This document shows, in pieces, positions 19,730 through 29,545 of a stretch of 64,000 nucleotides of DNA. The DNA is from a virus. The notes below the pieces were generated by a model. The model saw only the letters and a program-made list of their open reading frames with translations, did no database searches and was not told the origin of the DNA. Location of the stretch: UHGV virus genome UHGV-0039337. One strand, 5' to 3'. Made by a program: the position numbers and the translations under genes. Numbering within the stretch: the first letter of the stretch is position 1; each line of letters opens with the position of its first letter.

Positions 19730-22255
19730 ATGAGTATGCATATAATTAATTTTTCGGATGGCATTAGAAGTGAAGAGATTCAAGATAACTTTGAAATTCT
19801 TGACAATCAAATAAAAAGAACTCGATTATCTGTAGGAGGTTCAGGAATAGCGTCAGGGTTAAACGTCACTCCAATAGTAACTAATGAACAATTTGCCATA
19901 AAGTTATCTGCATCTTCTATTATAGATAAAAATGGTAATGAAACCTTTATTAATGAGCAGATAATAAATATAGAAAGACCTAGACTATCAAAACAATGTG
20001 AATATTTAAATGCTGACGTTAATAATCAAGTACAGTTAAAAGAAGTTCCTTATATGCTTGATAGAAAACAACCAGTACAATATGGAAACACTTTGTCTAG
20101 TTTATATACAGGAATTAAGATATCATATCAAAATTCTGCATCTACAGATGATTATATAAGAGTTAAATCTGTTAATGGTAAAGTATTAACTCTTACTGGA
20201 TTAACTAGACGTCAAGTAATAGTAAATTATTATAGTACAGCTAAACGTATAGATACAATATATTTAGATGAAAATAATAATGTGTGTGTAAAAGCATCTA
20301 GTATTACTTCTACTACTCCATCAGCAATATTGCCAGAAAAATATAACTATTTAATAGCCTATATATTAATAGACAATAATTATATAAATAATAGTAATGA
20401 TACTCCGCATGCTAATATTGTACTAAAAAAGGATTTACGTAAAACACGTAATATATATACTGATGAAAATGGAACATTATATTTAAATGGAGTTGCCTTT
20501 AATGACTTACATTTAATAACAACAGAAGAGCCTGCTGATCCTAAACCTAATCAATTATGGCTTAAAGGTAATACGCTTTATGTATGGCAAGCAATAGATA
20601 ATTATACTTATAAAAGAAATATAGAAATAACTAACTCATATGATTTTGTAGGATATCATGATATACAAACTAATATAGACTACTGCGTCAATAAAGATCA
20701 ACTTAAAGTTTATATAAATTCAGTTCAATTACAAGAAACAGAATATGATGAACTATTCGGAGGCATACCAACATCTATACAAGATATACCCGCTAATACA
20801 TATAGTAATAAGTTTAGAATATATAAAGATTTTGTGGTAGGAGATATCATTACATATACAATAACATTTAATGAATCCGGTTTTAAATGGGTACCAATTA
20901 ATAAAGAATCTTATGTAAGAACTAGAGAATACAAAGTATATGGAGTCGATGATAGCTGGCCTAACAATAATTATTGGACATCGAACCAAGCGTTATCTTT
21001 AGATAAAGATGAGAAAGGGTATCCTTATAAATATACTTATTTTATATTCGATGCTAACACTGATAGAAATATGTTATTTTCTCCGGCGAATAATGAAATT
21101 GATGTTATAATCAATCAAATGCCATTGCATAAAGATCAATATAGTGAAATAACATTAGATATACTTGATACATTACCTGAAAGTGTTAGAAACGCTATTA
21201 GAGACGTTTATGGTTGGAGTAATGATGTAATACATAGAATGAATGAATTATATGATGATATAGGTATCGGTATAATGTTAAATAATCCTCTGGATTCTAT
21301 ATATAATGAAGGATTATTTAATAGCAACAATATAATGATAAATGAACATGAATTATATGTTGAGATAATTGCTAATAGATCATGCTCTAGTGTTAATAAT
21401 AAACGCAAATTGCAGAGAGCTTCTACATTTATATTTGAAAACAGTTTTATTGTAGATAATACCTTTAATACAATTGTAGACCTTGGAGATAAATATTATA
21501 GATACAACGAAAATCAACTTGATGTATATATTAATGGAATTAGAATGACTAAAGATATTGATTATATCGAAGGAATTGATTTAGATAACGATTTAAATGA
21601 TGAAGCTGTCATGTTAAGAACTAGAGGAACCATAAGTAAACAATTTAAAATTAAACGCCCTCTTAATATTGGTGATGTAATTAGTTATAAAATAACTAGT
21701 AGCTTTTATTCATATGATCACATTAATAGTCTGATAGATAAATTAGAAACTGATCAGGAAGCATGCAATGCTAAAGTGGAAACATTGTATGATTCTACAA
21801 TGAAGCTACATGATAATACTAATGCAGTAATAAGCGATATGCAAAACCAATTAAATATATATATTGGTAATGCAAACGATTCATTAAATAGTTATTTAAC
21901 TCAAGATTCTATAATATCAGAAAGTCAATTATCACCTGATGTAGTTAATAAAATCCCTCAATCAATAGACCATATACATCATGTAATTACATTTGGAACT
22001 TACAATAACATAGGATACGACGTATCAAATTATTTAAGAGAAGAAGATTTTATATTAATTTGGTGGAGAGATATAGCTAATGGTAATATAGATAGAATGT
22101 TATTACCTGATGAAGATTATACATTAGAAACAGAAATGAATAATGCAGGAACTATAAACGTATACCTAAAATTATCTGACAATGTATTAAATAATATCAA
22201 AACAGATGATAAACTTATCATTAGAGGTATAAAATTTGGAAGGGACGGTAGATAA
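19730..22255 (+). CDS. baseplate-attached fibre / host-specificity-type protein (841 aa)
   Basis: AGGAGGATGA 9 nt upstream. Contains PNQLWLKGNTLYVWQ, the LW-x(n)-LYVW motif common in siphophage and myophage distal-tail fibre proteins. The same motif occurs in the 60209 gene. Confidence 0.45.
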   Translation: MSMHIINFSDGIRSEEIQDNFEILDNQIKRTRLSVGGSGIASGLNVTPIVTNEQFAIKLSASSIIDKNGNETFINEQIINIERPRLSKQCEYLNADVNNQVQLKEVPYMLDRKQPVQYGNTLSSLYTGIKISYQNSASTDDYIRVKSVNGKVLTLTGLTRRQVIVNYYSTAKRIDTIYLDENNNVCVKASSITSTTPSAILPEKYNYLIAYILIDNNYINNSNDTPHANIVLKKDLRKTRNIYTDENGTLYLNGVAFNDLHLITTEEPADPKPNQLWLKGNTLYVWQAIDNYTYKRNIEITNSYDFVGYHDIQTNIDYCVNKDQLKVYINSVQLQETEYDELFGGIPTSIQDIPANTYSNKFRIYKDFVVGDIITYTITFNESGFKWVPINKESYVRTREYKVYGVDDSWPNNNYWTSNQALSLDKDEKGYPYKYTYFIFDANTDRNMLFSPANNEIDVIINQMPLHKDQYSEITLDILDTLPESVRNAIRDVYGWSNDVIHRMNELYDDIGIGIMLNNPLDSIYNEGLFNSNNIMINEHELYVEIIANRSCSSVNNKRKLQRASTFIFENSFIVDNTFNTIVDLGDKYYRYNENQLDVYINGIRMTKDIDYIEGIDLDNDLNDEAVMLRTRGTISKQFKIKRPLNIGDVISYKITSSFYSYDHINSLIDKLETDQEACNAKVETLYDSTMKLHDNTNAVISDMQNQLNIYIGNANDSLNSYLTQDSIISESQLSPDVVNKIPQSIDHIHHVITFGTYNNIGYDVSNYLREEDFILIWWRDIANGNIDRMLLPDEDYTLETEMNNAGTINVYLKLSDNVLNNIKTDDKLIIRGIKFGRDGR

Positions 22256-22257
22256 AT

Positions 22258-22665
22258 ATGAGTGCTAAAATATCTTGGATGGTTTACGATGACGAAATAT
22301 TTTTACCGTACAATACTTATATGGCAGATGGAGTTTACACTACAGATGAAACTATAGTAAAAAGGATACAAGTGTGGAACAATTATCGTGGTTCTACTGA
22401 AGTTGATGATATTACAAACGCTAAATTAATATTATCTTTTAAACAATATGAGGATAATTTTTTATTAAATCTTTTGAAAGTTAAATCAATAGATGATAAT
22501 ACAATATTAACTCCTACAATTGATATTGATAGAGTAATATATAATCTTGGTAGTTTATACGGAAATGCTGGAGGAACTTATAAAGAAATAGAACTTAGTA
22601 TAGGTCCCTTACCTGCTAATTTAAAATCCGAACTAAAATCTTTAGTATTCTATTTAGAATATTAA
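22258..22665 (+). CDS. hypothetical tail protein (135 aa)
   Basis: ORF with GGAAGGGA upstream. Confidence 0.35.
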   Translation: MSAKISWMVYDDEIFLPYNTYMADGVYTTDETIVKRIQVWNNYRGSTEVDDITNAKLILSFKQYEDNFLLNLLKVKSIDDNTILTPTIDIDRVIYNLGSLYGNAGGTYKEIELSIGPLPANLKSELKSLVFYLEY

Positions 22666-22679
22666 AAGGCGGTGTTTAT

Positions 22680-24407
22680 ATGGCTATATCAAAGGAAATT
22701 AAAGATTATATAGATTGTTCCTTAAAGAACTTAAAAATCAAAAATTCTATAGCTAACGGTAGTCGTAAAGAAGGTAGCGAAATAGGAGAAAATAGTATTA
22801 TATCAGGAGTTAATAATATATCTGACGCTCCTTACTCTGCTGCTATAGGTTCTAACAATGAGGTTTATTTTGGTGCTAATAGCGCAATGGCTCTTGGTGA
22901 AGGAACTAAAGCGTATTCAAAATATCAATTAGTTCATGGTAAATACAACGATTTAGATGCTAATAATATTTACGCACATATTGTAGGCGGAGGAGAATAT
23001 GATAATCCTAAAAACATTTATACATTAGACTGGAAAGGTAATGCTGAATTTGCTGGATCAATTAAAACAAATTCTTTACCAGAAACTGATAACAGTTTGA
23101 TTAATCTTAAATTTTTTAATTCAAACATTCCTATTAAATTTTTTCCATATACTGAAATAGATGATAATATTATTAATATATACGTAAATGATCTTGATCC
23201 TTATACCATATATAAGGTAAAAATGGAAAAAATGTATTCTAAAATAAATTTTGTTACAAGAATTAACGGTATGGATGTAATATTTTTATCTTCTGATTCT
23301 AGTATAAATAAATATAATATGTTTGTTAGCTCTAAAAACAATACAAGTATGACATTTATCGTGAATTCTGTAATGTATAAAATAGATTTAACTACTGGAA
23401 AAGTTATTAAAAAGTATGATAAAGCTTTTGCTGGTCCTGGTACTGGAGTAGGAGAAGAAGGTATCACCTCTCTTATAGATGATACTGCTACTATTGATCC
23501 TAATAAAACATGGAGTACTTACAAATTAACAAATGAATTTAATCAATTAACTAATGCTTTAAATAAAGCTTTTAATAGAGTAGAAATAGAGGATAAATAT
23601 ATTGTATTTTATAATGATAATATCGAACTTGATAAAATAGAAATATCTAAATTATTAAGTTTATCAAAAGGTAATCCAGGACAAATACTTTCAATAGGAC
23701 CTGACGGAAAAACTATTTGGATAGATAATACAACTGGCACTGGAGGGGTAAATAGCTTATCTGATTTGTCATACAATAATTCATCTTACCCAAATATAAC
23801 TAATGCTCAACAAGCATTAGATGAATTATTGTATACACCTCCTTCTATTACTTCGTTCACTTCTAATCCTAAAGCTGGAAATTTTGAAATAGGTAGTACA
23901 ATAATTGCGCCTATTACATTTAATTGGACTATTAATAAAAGCATTGTAAATCAAATATTATCTGATGTAGGAAATATACCAATTGATACATTTACTGCTC
24001 AATGTGATAATAGTATAACAAACAATAAAATATTTACGCTAACTGTATCGGATGGTAAAAAATCAGCATCAAAATCTTTAGGATTTTATTTTAAACATCC
24101 TAAATACTGGGGGGCTTCTGTAATTCCGGATTCATATGATAATAATTTTATATTAAATTTATCTGGTTATGAGCTTTCAGATTCTAAAGCTAGCAAATTT
24201 ACAGTAAATGCTAGTATTAATCAATATATATTTTTTTGTATTCCTTCTTCTTGGGGGACTCCAATATTTAACGTTGGAGGATTTGATGGCGGTTTTTATA
24301 AAATTACTGAATTAAATTTTACTAATAACTCTGGATATGCAGAAACATATGCAATTTGGAGATCAGATAATCAAAATTTAGGTTCTCAAATTATTACTGT
24401 AAAGTAG
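22680..24407 (+). CDS. tail fibre protein (575 aa)
   Basis: AAGGCGGTG SD. N-terminal G/A/S-rich repeated segments (SAAIGSNNEVYFGANSAMALGEG) typical of fibre shafts. Confidence 0.5.
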   Translation: MAISKEIKDYIDCSLKNLKIKNSIANGSRKEGSEIGENSIISGVNNISDAPYSAAIGSNNEVYFGANSAMALGEGTKAYSKYQLVHGKYNDLDANNIYAHIVGGGEYDNPKNIYTLDWKGNAEFAGSIKTNSLPETDNSLINLKFFNSNIPIKFFPYTEIDDNIINIYVNDLDPYTIYKVKMEKMYSKINFVTRINGMDVIFLSSDSSINKYNMFVSSKNNTSMTFIVNSVMYKIDLTTGKVIKKYDKAFAGPGTGVGEEGITSLIDDTATIDPNKTWSTYKLTNEFNQLTNALNKAFNRVEIEDKYIVFYNDNIELDKIEISKLLSLSKGNPGQILSIGPDGKTIWIDNTTGTGGVNSLSDLSYNNSSYPNITNAQQALDELLYTPPSITSFTSNPKAGNFEIGSTIIAPITFNWTINKSIVNQILSDVGNIPIDTFTAQCDNSITNNKIFTLTVSDGKKSASKSLGFYFKHPKYWGASVIPDSYDNNFILNLSGYELSDSKASKFTVNASINQYIFFCIPSSWGTPIFNVGGFDGGFYKITELNFTNNSGYAETYAIWRSDNQNLGSQIITVK

Positions 24408-24416
24408 GTGATACTA

Positions 24417-24719
24417 ATGGCTTCAGGAATACCTTTAATAAGTAATATACAGCAGGCAAATAACGGTGAATTTTGGTTAGTAGATAGCAATGCTATATAT
24501 GGTGGCTTATATCATGTAAGCACACAAGATCAAATGAAAACCTTACCAGAGATTAGATTAAAACCAGGAATGTTATGCTATGTATCGAATGAAGATGCAT
24601 ATTACAAATATAAAGATAATGAATGGACTAAATGGAGTTTAGGTGAAAACGCTAATGATATTATTTCAGAAGAAGAGATTCAAAAAATGATTAATATATT
24701 TAAGTCTGACACGGTCTAA
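24417..24719 (+). CDS. short fibre-anchor-domain protein (about 100 aa), paralog of the N-termini of the downstream fibres
   Basis: ATG 24417 after AAAGTAGGTGATA (track start GTG 24408). KPGMLCYVSNEDAYYKY matches YPGMLVYVKDEDKTYRF (27034) and YPGMTVFVLDEQKEYRY (28854). Confidence 0.45.
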   Translation: MASGIPLISNIQQANNGEFWLVDSNAIYGGLYHVSTQDQMKTLPEIRLKPGMLCYVSNEDAYYKYKDNEWTKWSLGENANDIISEEEIQKMINIFKSDTV

Positions 24720-24733
24720 TACCGTGTCTTTTT
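24708..24733 (+). terminator. rho-independent terminator
   Basis: GACACGGT / ACCGTGTC stem (8 bp) with loop CTAAT containing the stop codon, then TTTTT. Confidence 0.65.
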
Positions 24734-24769
24734 ATGTGTAATATTTTAATAGTGAAGGTGGTGAGTCAA

Positions 24770-26002
24770 ATGAATAGTGATGAATTAAAGCGTATGAATA
24801 AAGGATTCATGAGAAAAGATGGAAAATTCTTTTTACCTGTTACTCATGAATCTTTAGTAGTTGACAATAACGGTGCTAACATTAAAGAAAAATATATGTT
24901 AAAAACTGATCTAAGTAATTATGCTACTGAAGATTTTGTTAAAGATTATGTTCTTCGAGCACAGCTAGGAGGATCAGAAGCCGTAGATTTAAGTCAATTT
25001 GCTAAAGCAGATCATAATCATGATGATAGATATTTAAAACTTGATGATGCAAAAGAAGCATTTGACAATAAGGTAAATAAGGAAGAAGGAAAATCTTTAG
25101 TATCAGATGAAGATATAGCTAAATTAGCTACATTAAAAAATTATGATGATACTGAAATTAGAGGATTACTTACAGATAAAGCTCCAGCTAATCATAATCA
25201 TGATGATAGATATGCAGCTAAAAACTTTGAACATACTCATGAAAATAAAGCTGTATTAGATGAAATCACATTGGTTAGAATGAATACTTGGGATAGTAAA
25301 TCTGATTTTAGTGGTTCATATAGAGACCTAACAGATAAACCAGAGATACCTTCTATTGAAGGATTAGCTACTCAAGAATTTGTTGAAACAAGAATAAAAG
25401 AAGCTGCTAAACCTAACTTTAATTTTAAGGTAAATCTAATAGCTTCAAATCAAGAAGCATATGTTACTACTACTGGTGAATATCCTGATTTAATTATAAC
25501 ATTTAATATACCTCAAGGCACAGGTAGTGGTGGTACAGATACTCCTACAAAACCAGATACAGGTACTCCTAGAATGTGGATAGGGTATATATATTGGGAC
25601 GAAACAGGCACTGCTGGAGTAAATACTGTTGAAGCTATGGCTAATAAAATAACAAAATCAGATATTGATAAAGCTAAAATTAGAGGTGGCTTGAAAGAAA
25701 TGGATCCTCAAACTCTTGATGACTATTCATGTGGAAATACTGAAAAATCAGATGATGGAGTTTATGTATGTTGTATATATCCTGAATCTAGCAATTTTGA
25801 TATAATGATAATGACTAGTGAATTATCAGGTAAATTTGATCATTTTAGCAATATAAATAGTGAAGATGGAAGTACAGGATACACGCTATGTCAACAAGCT
25901 TTAAAAATAGACGGACAAATAGATGGCGTTACTTATTGCCAATCAGGTGCTTTTGTAGCAGCTGATGGTTCAAAATATCGTCTAAGAGTACGACAACTTT
26001 AG
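24770..26002 (+). CDS. tail fibre paralog with HNHDDRY repeat motifs
   Basis: ATG 24770 after GAAGGTGGTGA (track start 24734). Two HNHDDRY motifs and SGSYRDLTDKPEIPSIEGLATQEFV, a Gram-positive phage fibre repeat. Confidence 0.55.
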   Translation: MNSDELKRMNKGFMRKDGKFFLPVTHESLVVDNNGANIKEKYMLKTDLSNYATEDFVKDYVLRAQLGGSEAVDLSQFAKADHNHDDRYLKLDDAKEAFDNKVNKEEGKSLVSDEDIAKLATLKNYDDTEIRGLLTDKAPANHNHDDRYAAKNFEHTHENKAVLDEITLVRMNTWDSKSDFSGSYRDLTDKPEIPSIEGLATQEFVETRIKEAAKPNFNFKVNLIASNQEAYVTTTGEYPDLIITFNIPQGTGSGGTDTPTKPDTGTPRMWIGYIYWDETGTAGVNTVEAMANKITKSDIDKAKIRGGLKEMDPQTLDDYSCGNTEKSDDGVYVCCIYPESSNFDIMIMTSELSGKFDHFSNINSEDGSTGYTLCQQALKIDGQIDGVTYCQSGAFVAADGSKYRLRVRQL

Positions 26003-26016
26003 TAGGAGGTGATTAA

Positions 26017-27018
26017 ATGTCTACAGATTTTACTACAGATGTTGAAAAAATAACGGGTGCATTATTACCTAGCGCTGCTGATATTCCTCTTGATATAAGA
26101 ACTAGGGTAGAAACAGAAGCAGATATAATGAACATACCTAAACCTTATATAGGTATGATAGTATATGTTAAAGATACTGGAAAACGTTATGAAATATTAA
26201 CTTTAAAAAATAAAAAACAAGGACCTACTATTATAAAAAATGCTGCAGTTGATACATACAAAGAATTTGGTAGCGAATATGCAACTAAAATAGAGTTAGC
26301 TTCAACAGACTCTGAATTAGATACTGCACAAGAAAATATAACTACTTTGGAAGAAACATTGAGTAAATTGCTTCATCCTTATAAAGCACCAGAAGTATCT
26401 TTATCAGTAGTTAGAGCTCCTATAAGTTTAGTACTTGAAAAAGGCGAAACAGTTAACGTTGCTAAATTAGAAACTAAAATAGTTAAAAATTCTGAAAATA
26501 TAACTAAAGTAGTTTTTTATCAAAATGATATTGCGTTAAAAACTATAACAGAAAATGTAACTGCAGGAGGAACTTTCGAATATTCTTTTGAAAATGCTGT
26601 ACAGTTACAAGATGATATTACTAAAGAATATTTTAGAGTAGAAGTTACTGATGCTAGTAATAATATAATAGGTGTAAATGCACAAGATATTAATTTTGTT
26701 TATCCATATTATTTTGGTATAATAGATGAAAATGAATTAATAGATGGTAATATTATCAAGAGCTTTAATAAAGTTATAGAAGTTAAAAAAGATCAATCTT
26801 ATACATACACATCTAATAACCAACATATGGTTTTTGCTTTCCCAAAAGCATATAAAAGCTTATCAAAAATAGTAGATGCTAACGGATTTATATTAACAGC
26901 TACATTTGAAGTTGAAGAAATCGATGTAGAATGTTTAGATGGCACAACTCAAATTTACTATGTATATAAAAACGGAGCGTCTACAATCTCAAATTATAAT
27001 ATAACTTTTAAATTTTAA
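26017..27018 (+). CDS. tail fibre paralog / receptor-binding protein
   Basis: AGGAGGTGA SD. C-terminal ~110 aa (FVYPYYFGIIDENE..MVFAFPKAY..LDGTTQIYYVYKNGAST) is homologous to the C-terminus of the 27034 protein. Confidence 0.55.
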   Translation: MSTDFTTDVEKITGALLPSAADIPLDIRTRVETEADIMNIPKPYIGMIVYVKDTGKRYEILTLKNKKQGPTIIKNAAVDTYKEFGSEYATKIELASTDSELDTAQENITTLEETLSKLLHPYKAPEVSLSVVRAPISLVLEKGETVNVAKLETKIVKNSENITKVVFYQNDIALKTITENVTAGGTFEYSFENAVQLQDDITKEYFRVEVTDASNNIIGVNAQDINFVYPYYFGIIDENELIDGNIIKSFNKVIEVKKDQSYTYTSNNQHMVFAFPKAYKSLSKIVDANGFILTATFEVEEIDVECLDGTTQIYYVYKNGASTISNYNITFKF

Positions 27019-27033
27019 TAAAGGAGTGATAAC

Positions 27034-28836
27034 ATGGCAGATAATAACTTATTTTATGGTAAAGGTATTACCGTAGCTTCTGGTTTTGACCTTGGAGCAA
27101 AATCACCTTTAGACCATCGTTTAGTTGTACAAACTGCTGAAGAACGTGATGCTCATATTACAGGAAACAGAGCTTATCCTGGTATGTTAGTATACGTTAA
27201 AGATGAGGATAAAACATACAGATTTAATGGTACAGTTTTTGTTGAATTTGGTGTAACTGATTTATCTGAATATGCTAAGACTGCTGATGTTGAAAAGAAA
27301 ATAGCAGATGCTGTAACTAGCGGAACTATAGACTTAACAGCATACGCAAAAACTGCTGATATGAATAAAGCATTAGAAGGTAAAGTAGATAAAGTAGAAG
27401 GTAAGTCATTAATAGCTGATACTGAAATAACTAGATTAGCTGAAGTTAAAAATTATGACGATACTGAAGTTAAAGGACTTATAGATGGTAAAGCTGATAA
27501 GATTCATAAACATAGTTATAATGATTTAGACAATAAACCTGAAATACCAAGTATAGAAGGCTTAGCTTCTAAAACATATGTAGATGGCAAAGTATCAGAT
27601 TTAGTTAATGGTGCTCCAGAAGCAATGGACACTTTACAAGAATTAGCTAAAGCTATAACTGATCATCAAACTGTTTATGACGCTTATGTTCAAACTGTGT
27701 CTAATAACTTAGCTAAAAAAGTTGACATAGTAGAAGGTAAATCTTTAGTTGCTGATACTGAAATAGCTAAGATACATGAACATGCAAACAAAGAAGAATT
27801 AGATAAAATAGAAGTTGGAGACAAAGCTAAATGGGATTCTAAAGCAGATGGCGATCACAACCATGATGGTATATATTTAAAAGAAGTACCAGCTGAATAC
27901 ATAACTGAAGAAGAACTAGCTGCTGAAGGATTCTTGAAAGAACATCAAAGTTTAGTAGATTATGCTAAAACAGCTGATGTTGATACTAAATTAGCTGGAA
28001 AAGCTCCACTTGAACATACTCATAGCTATAACGATTTAGAAGATAAACCAGTAATACCTGATGTATCTGGATTTGCTACTAAAAAAGATGAAGATGCTAG
28101 AGAAAAATTTGTTACAGATGTATTAACAGTAAATACATTAGGTGGTATAACTGCTGGTGCGGATTTAAATGGACTAACAGTAAAAGAAATATTAAATAAA
28201 TTATTATATCCATATGTAAAACCTATTGTATCTGCAAAAGGTAATCCTAATGGTGGTATATTTGAAAAAGGTAAAAATCAAGTAATTACTAATGTACAAG
28301 TAAGTGTTACTAAAAAATCTGAAAAGATAACTAAAATAGAAGTATTTGATGGGGCTAATTCTCTAGGAGTACAAGAAGGAGATGCTGTAGCTGGTGGAGG
28401 TACTTACAACTTCACAGTTAATATTCCAGTAGAATCTGTTAATAAAACTTTAACAGCTAAAGTTACTGATGCATCTAATACAGTAACTAGTGCAAATACA
28501 GCTTCATTTACTTTTGTATATCCATATTATACAGGTATAGCTGCTGAAGATGCTGAAATAAACGAAGAGTTTGTAAAAGGATTAACTAAGAAAGTAGAAG
28601 TTAAAGGTAATAAGACTGTAGCTTATACATGTAATAATGAAAAAATGGTATTTGCTTATCCAAAAGCTTATGGTGTTATAAAACAAATATTTGACCCTAA
28701 TAATTTTGATGTTACAGGAACATTTACAAGAACTGAAGTTTCAATTACAGGATTAGATGGAACTGCTCAAGCATATTATGTTTATACTAATGGTGCTTCA
28801 ACAGTAGATAACTTTAATATGAGATTTAACTATTAG
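27034..28836 (+). CDS. tail fibre paralog / receptor-binding protein (600 aa)
   Basis: AAAGGAGTGA SD. N-terminal anchor domain shared with 28854. Repeats HKHSYNDLDNKPEIPSIEG and HTHSYNDLEDKPVIPD. C-terminal domain shared with 26017. Confidence 0.6.
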   Translation: MADNNLFYGKGITVASGFDLGAKSPLDHRLVVQTAEERDAHITGNRAYPGMLVYVKDEDKTYRFNGTVFVEFGVTDLSEYAKTADVEKKIADAVTSGTIDLTAYAKTADMNKALEGKVDKVEGKSLIADTEITRLAEVKNYDDTEVKGLIDGKADKIHKHSYNDLDNKPEIPSIEGLASKTYVDGKVSDLVNGAPEAMDTLQELAKAITDHQTVYDAYVQTVSNNLAKKVDIVEGKSLVADTEIAKIHEHANKEELDKIEVGDKAKWDSKADGDHNHDGIYLKEVPAEYITEEELAAEGFLKEHQSLVDYAKTADVDTKLAGKAPLEHTHSYNDLEDKPVIPDVSGFATKKDEDAREKFVTDVLTVNTLGGITAGADLNGLTVKEILNKLLYPYVKPIVSAKGNPNGGIFEKGKNQVITNVQVSVTKKSEKITKIEVFDGANSLGVQEGDAVAGGGTYNFTVNIPVESVNKTLTAKVTDASNTVTSANTASFTFVYPYYTGIAAEDAEINEEFVKGLTKKVEVKGNKTVAYTCNNEKMVFAYPKAYGVIKQIFDPNNFDVTGTFTRTEVSITGLDGTAQAYYVYTNGASTVDNFNMRFNY

Positions 28837-28853
28837 AAAATAGGTGATTAATA

Positions 28854-29516
28854 ATGGCAAGCGAACCTATATATGGTAAAGGTATTGTTGTAGCATCTGG
28901 TTTTGATTTAAGTGCCAAATCACCTTTAGATAGTCGTTCTATTGTTAATACTATTGAAGAACGTGACGCTCACGTAAAAGGTAATCGTGCTTATCCTGGT
29001 ATGACAGTGTTCGTTCTTGATGAGCAAAAAGAATATAGATATACTGGTACGCAATGGATTGAAATATTAAATGATTTAAATGCTGTACATACACATAATA
29101 ATAAAGATGTACTTGATAACATAACAGCATTAGATATATCTACTTGGAATGCTAAAAGTGATTTTAGTGGATCATATAATGATTTAACAGATAAGCCAAC
29201 AATACCTACAAAAGTTTCAGAGTTAACGAATGATTTATCGTTAGCATCTGAATCTTTTGTTACAAATAAAATAGCTGAGGCTAAATTAGAACAAAGCAAA
29301 ATAGATTTGAGTGGTTTTGCTACTAAAGACGATTTACTTGATTATGTAAGTAATAATGACTTAGCTGCCACACTTGTTGATTATGTAACAGTAAACGATC
29401 TAAAGGCTGAAGGATATACTACGCAAACGTATGTAGATAATAAAATAGCCACTCATGAACATGTTATATTGACTTCTACTGAAGCTGAAACTATGTTTAA
29501 TGATTTATATAAATAA
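28854..29516 (+). CDS. short tail fibre paralog (220 aa)
   Basis: N-terminus MASEPIYGKGIVVASGFDLSAKSPLDSRSIVNTIEERDAHVKGNRAYPGM is nearly identical in pattern to that of the 27034 gene. SGSYNDLTDKPTIP repeat. Confidence 0.55.
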   Translation: MASEPIYGKGIVVASGFDLSAKSPLDSRSIVNTIEERDAHVKGNRAYPGMTVFVLDEQKEYRYTGTQWIEILNDLNAVHTHNNKDVLDNITALDISTWNAKSDFSGSYNDLTDKPTIPTKVSELTNDLSLASESFVTNKIAEAKLEQSKIDLSGFATKDDLLDYVSNNDLAATLVDYVTVNDLKAEGYTTQTYVDNKIATHEHVILTSTEAETMFNDLYK

Positions 29517-29545
29517 AATTTGCGTTGAAAGGAACTGATTGTATA

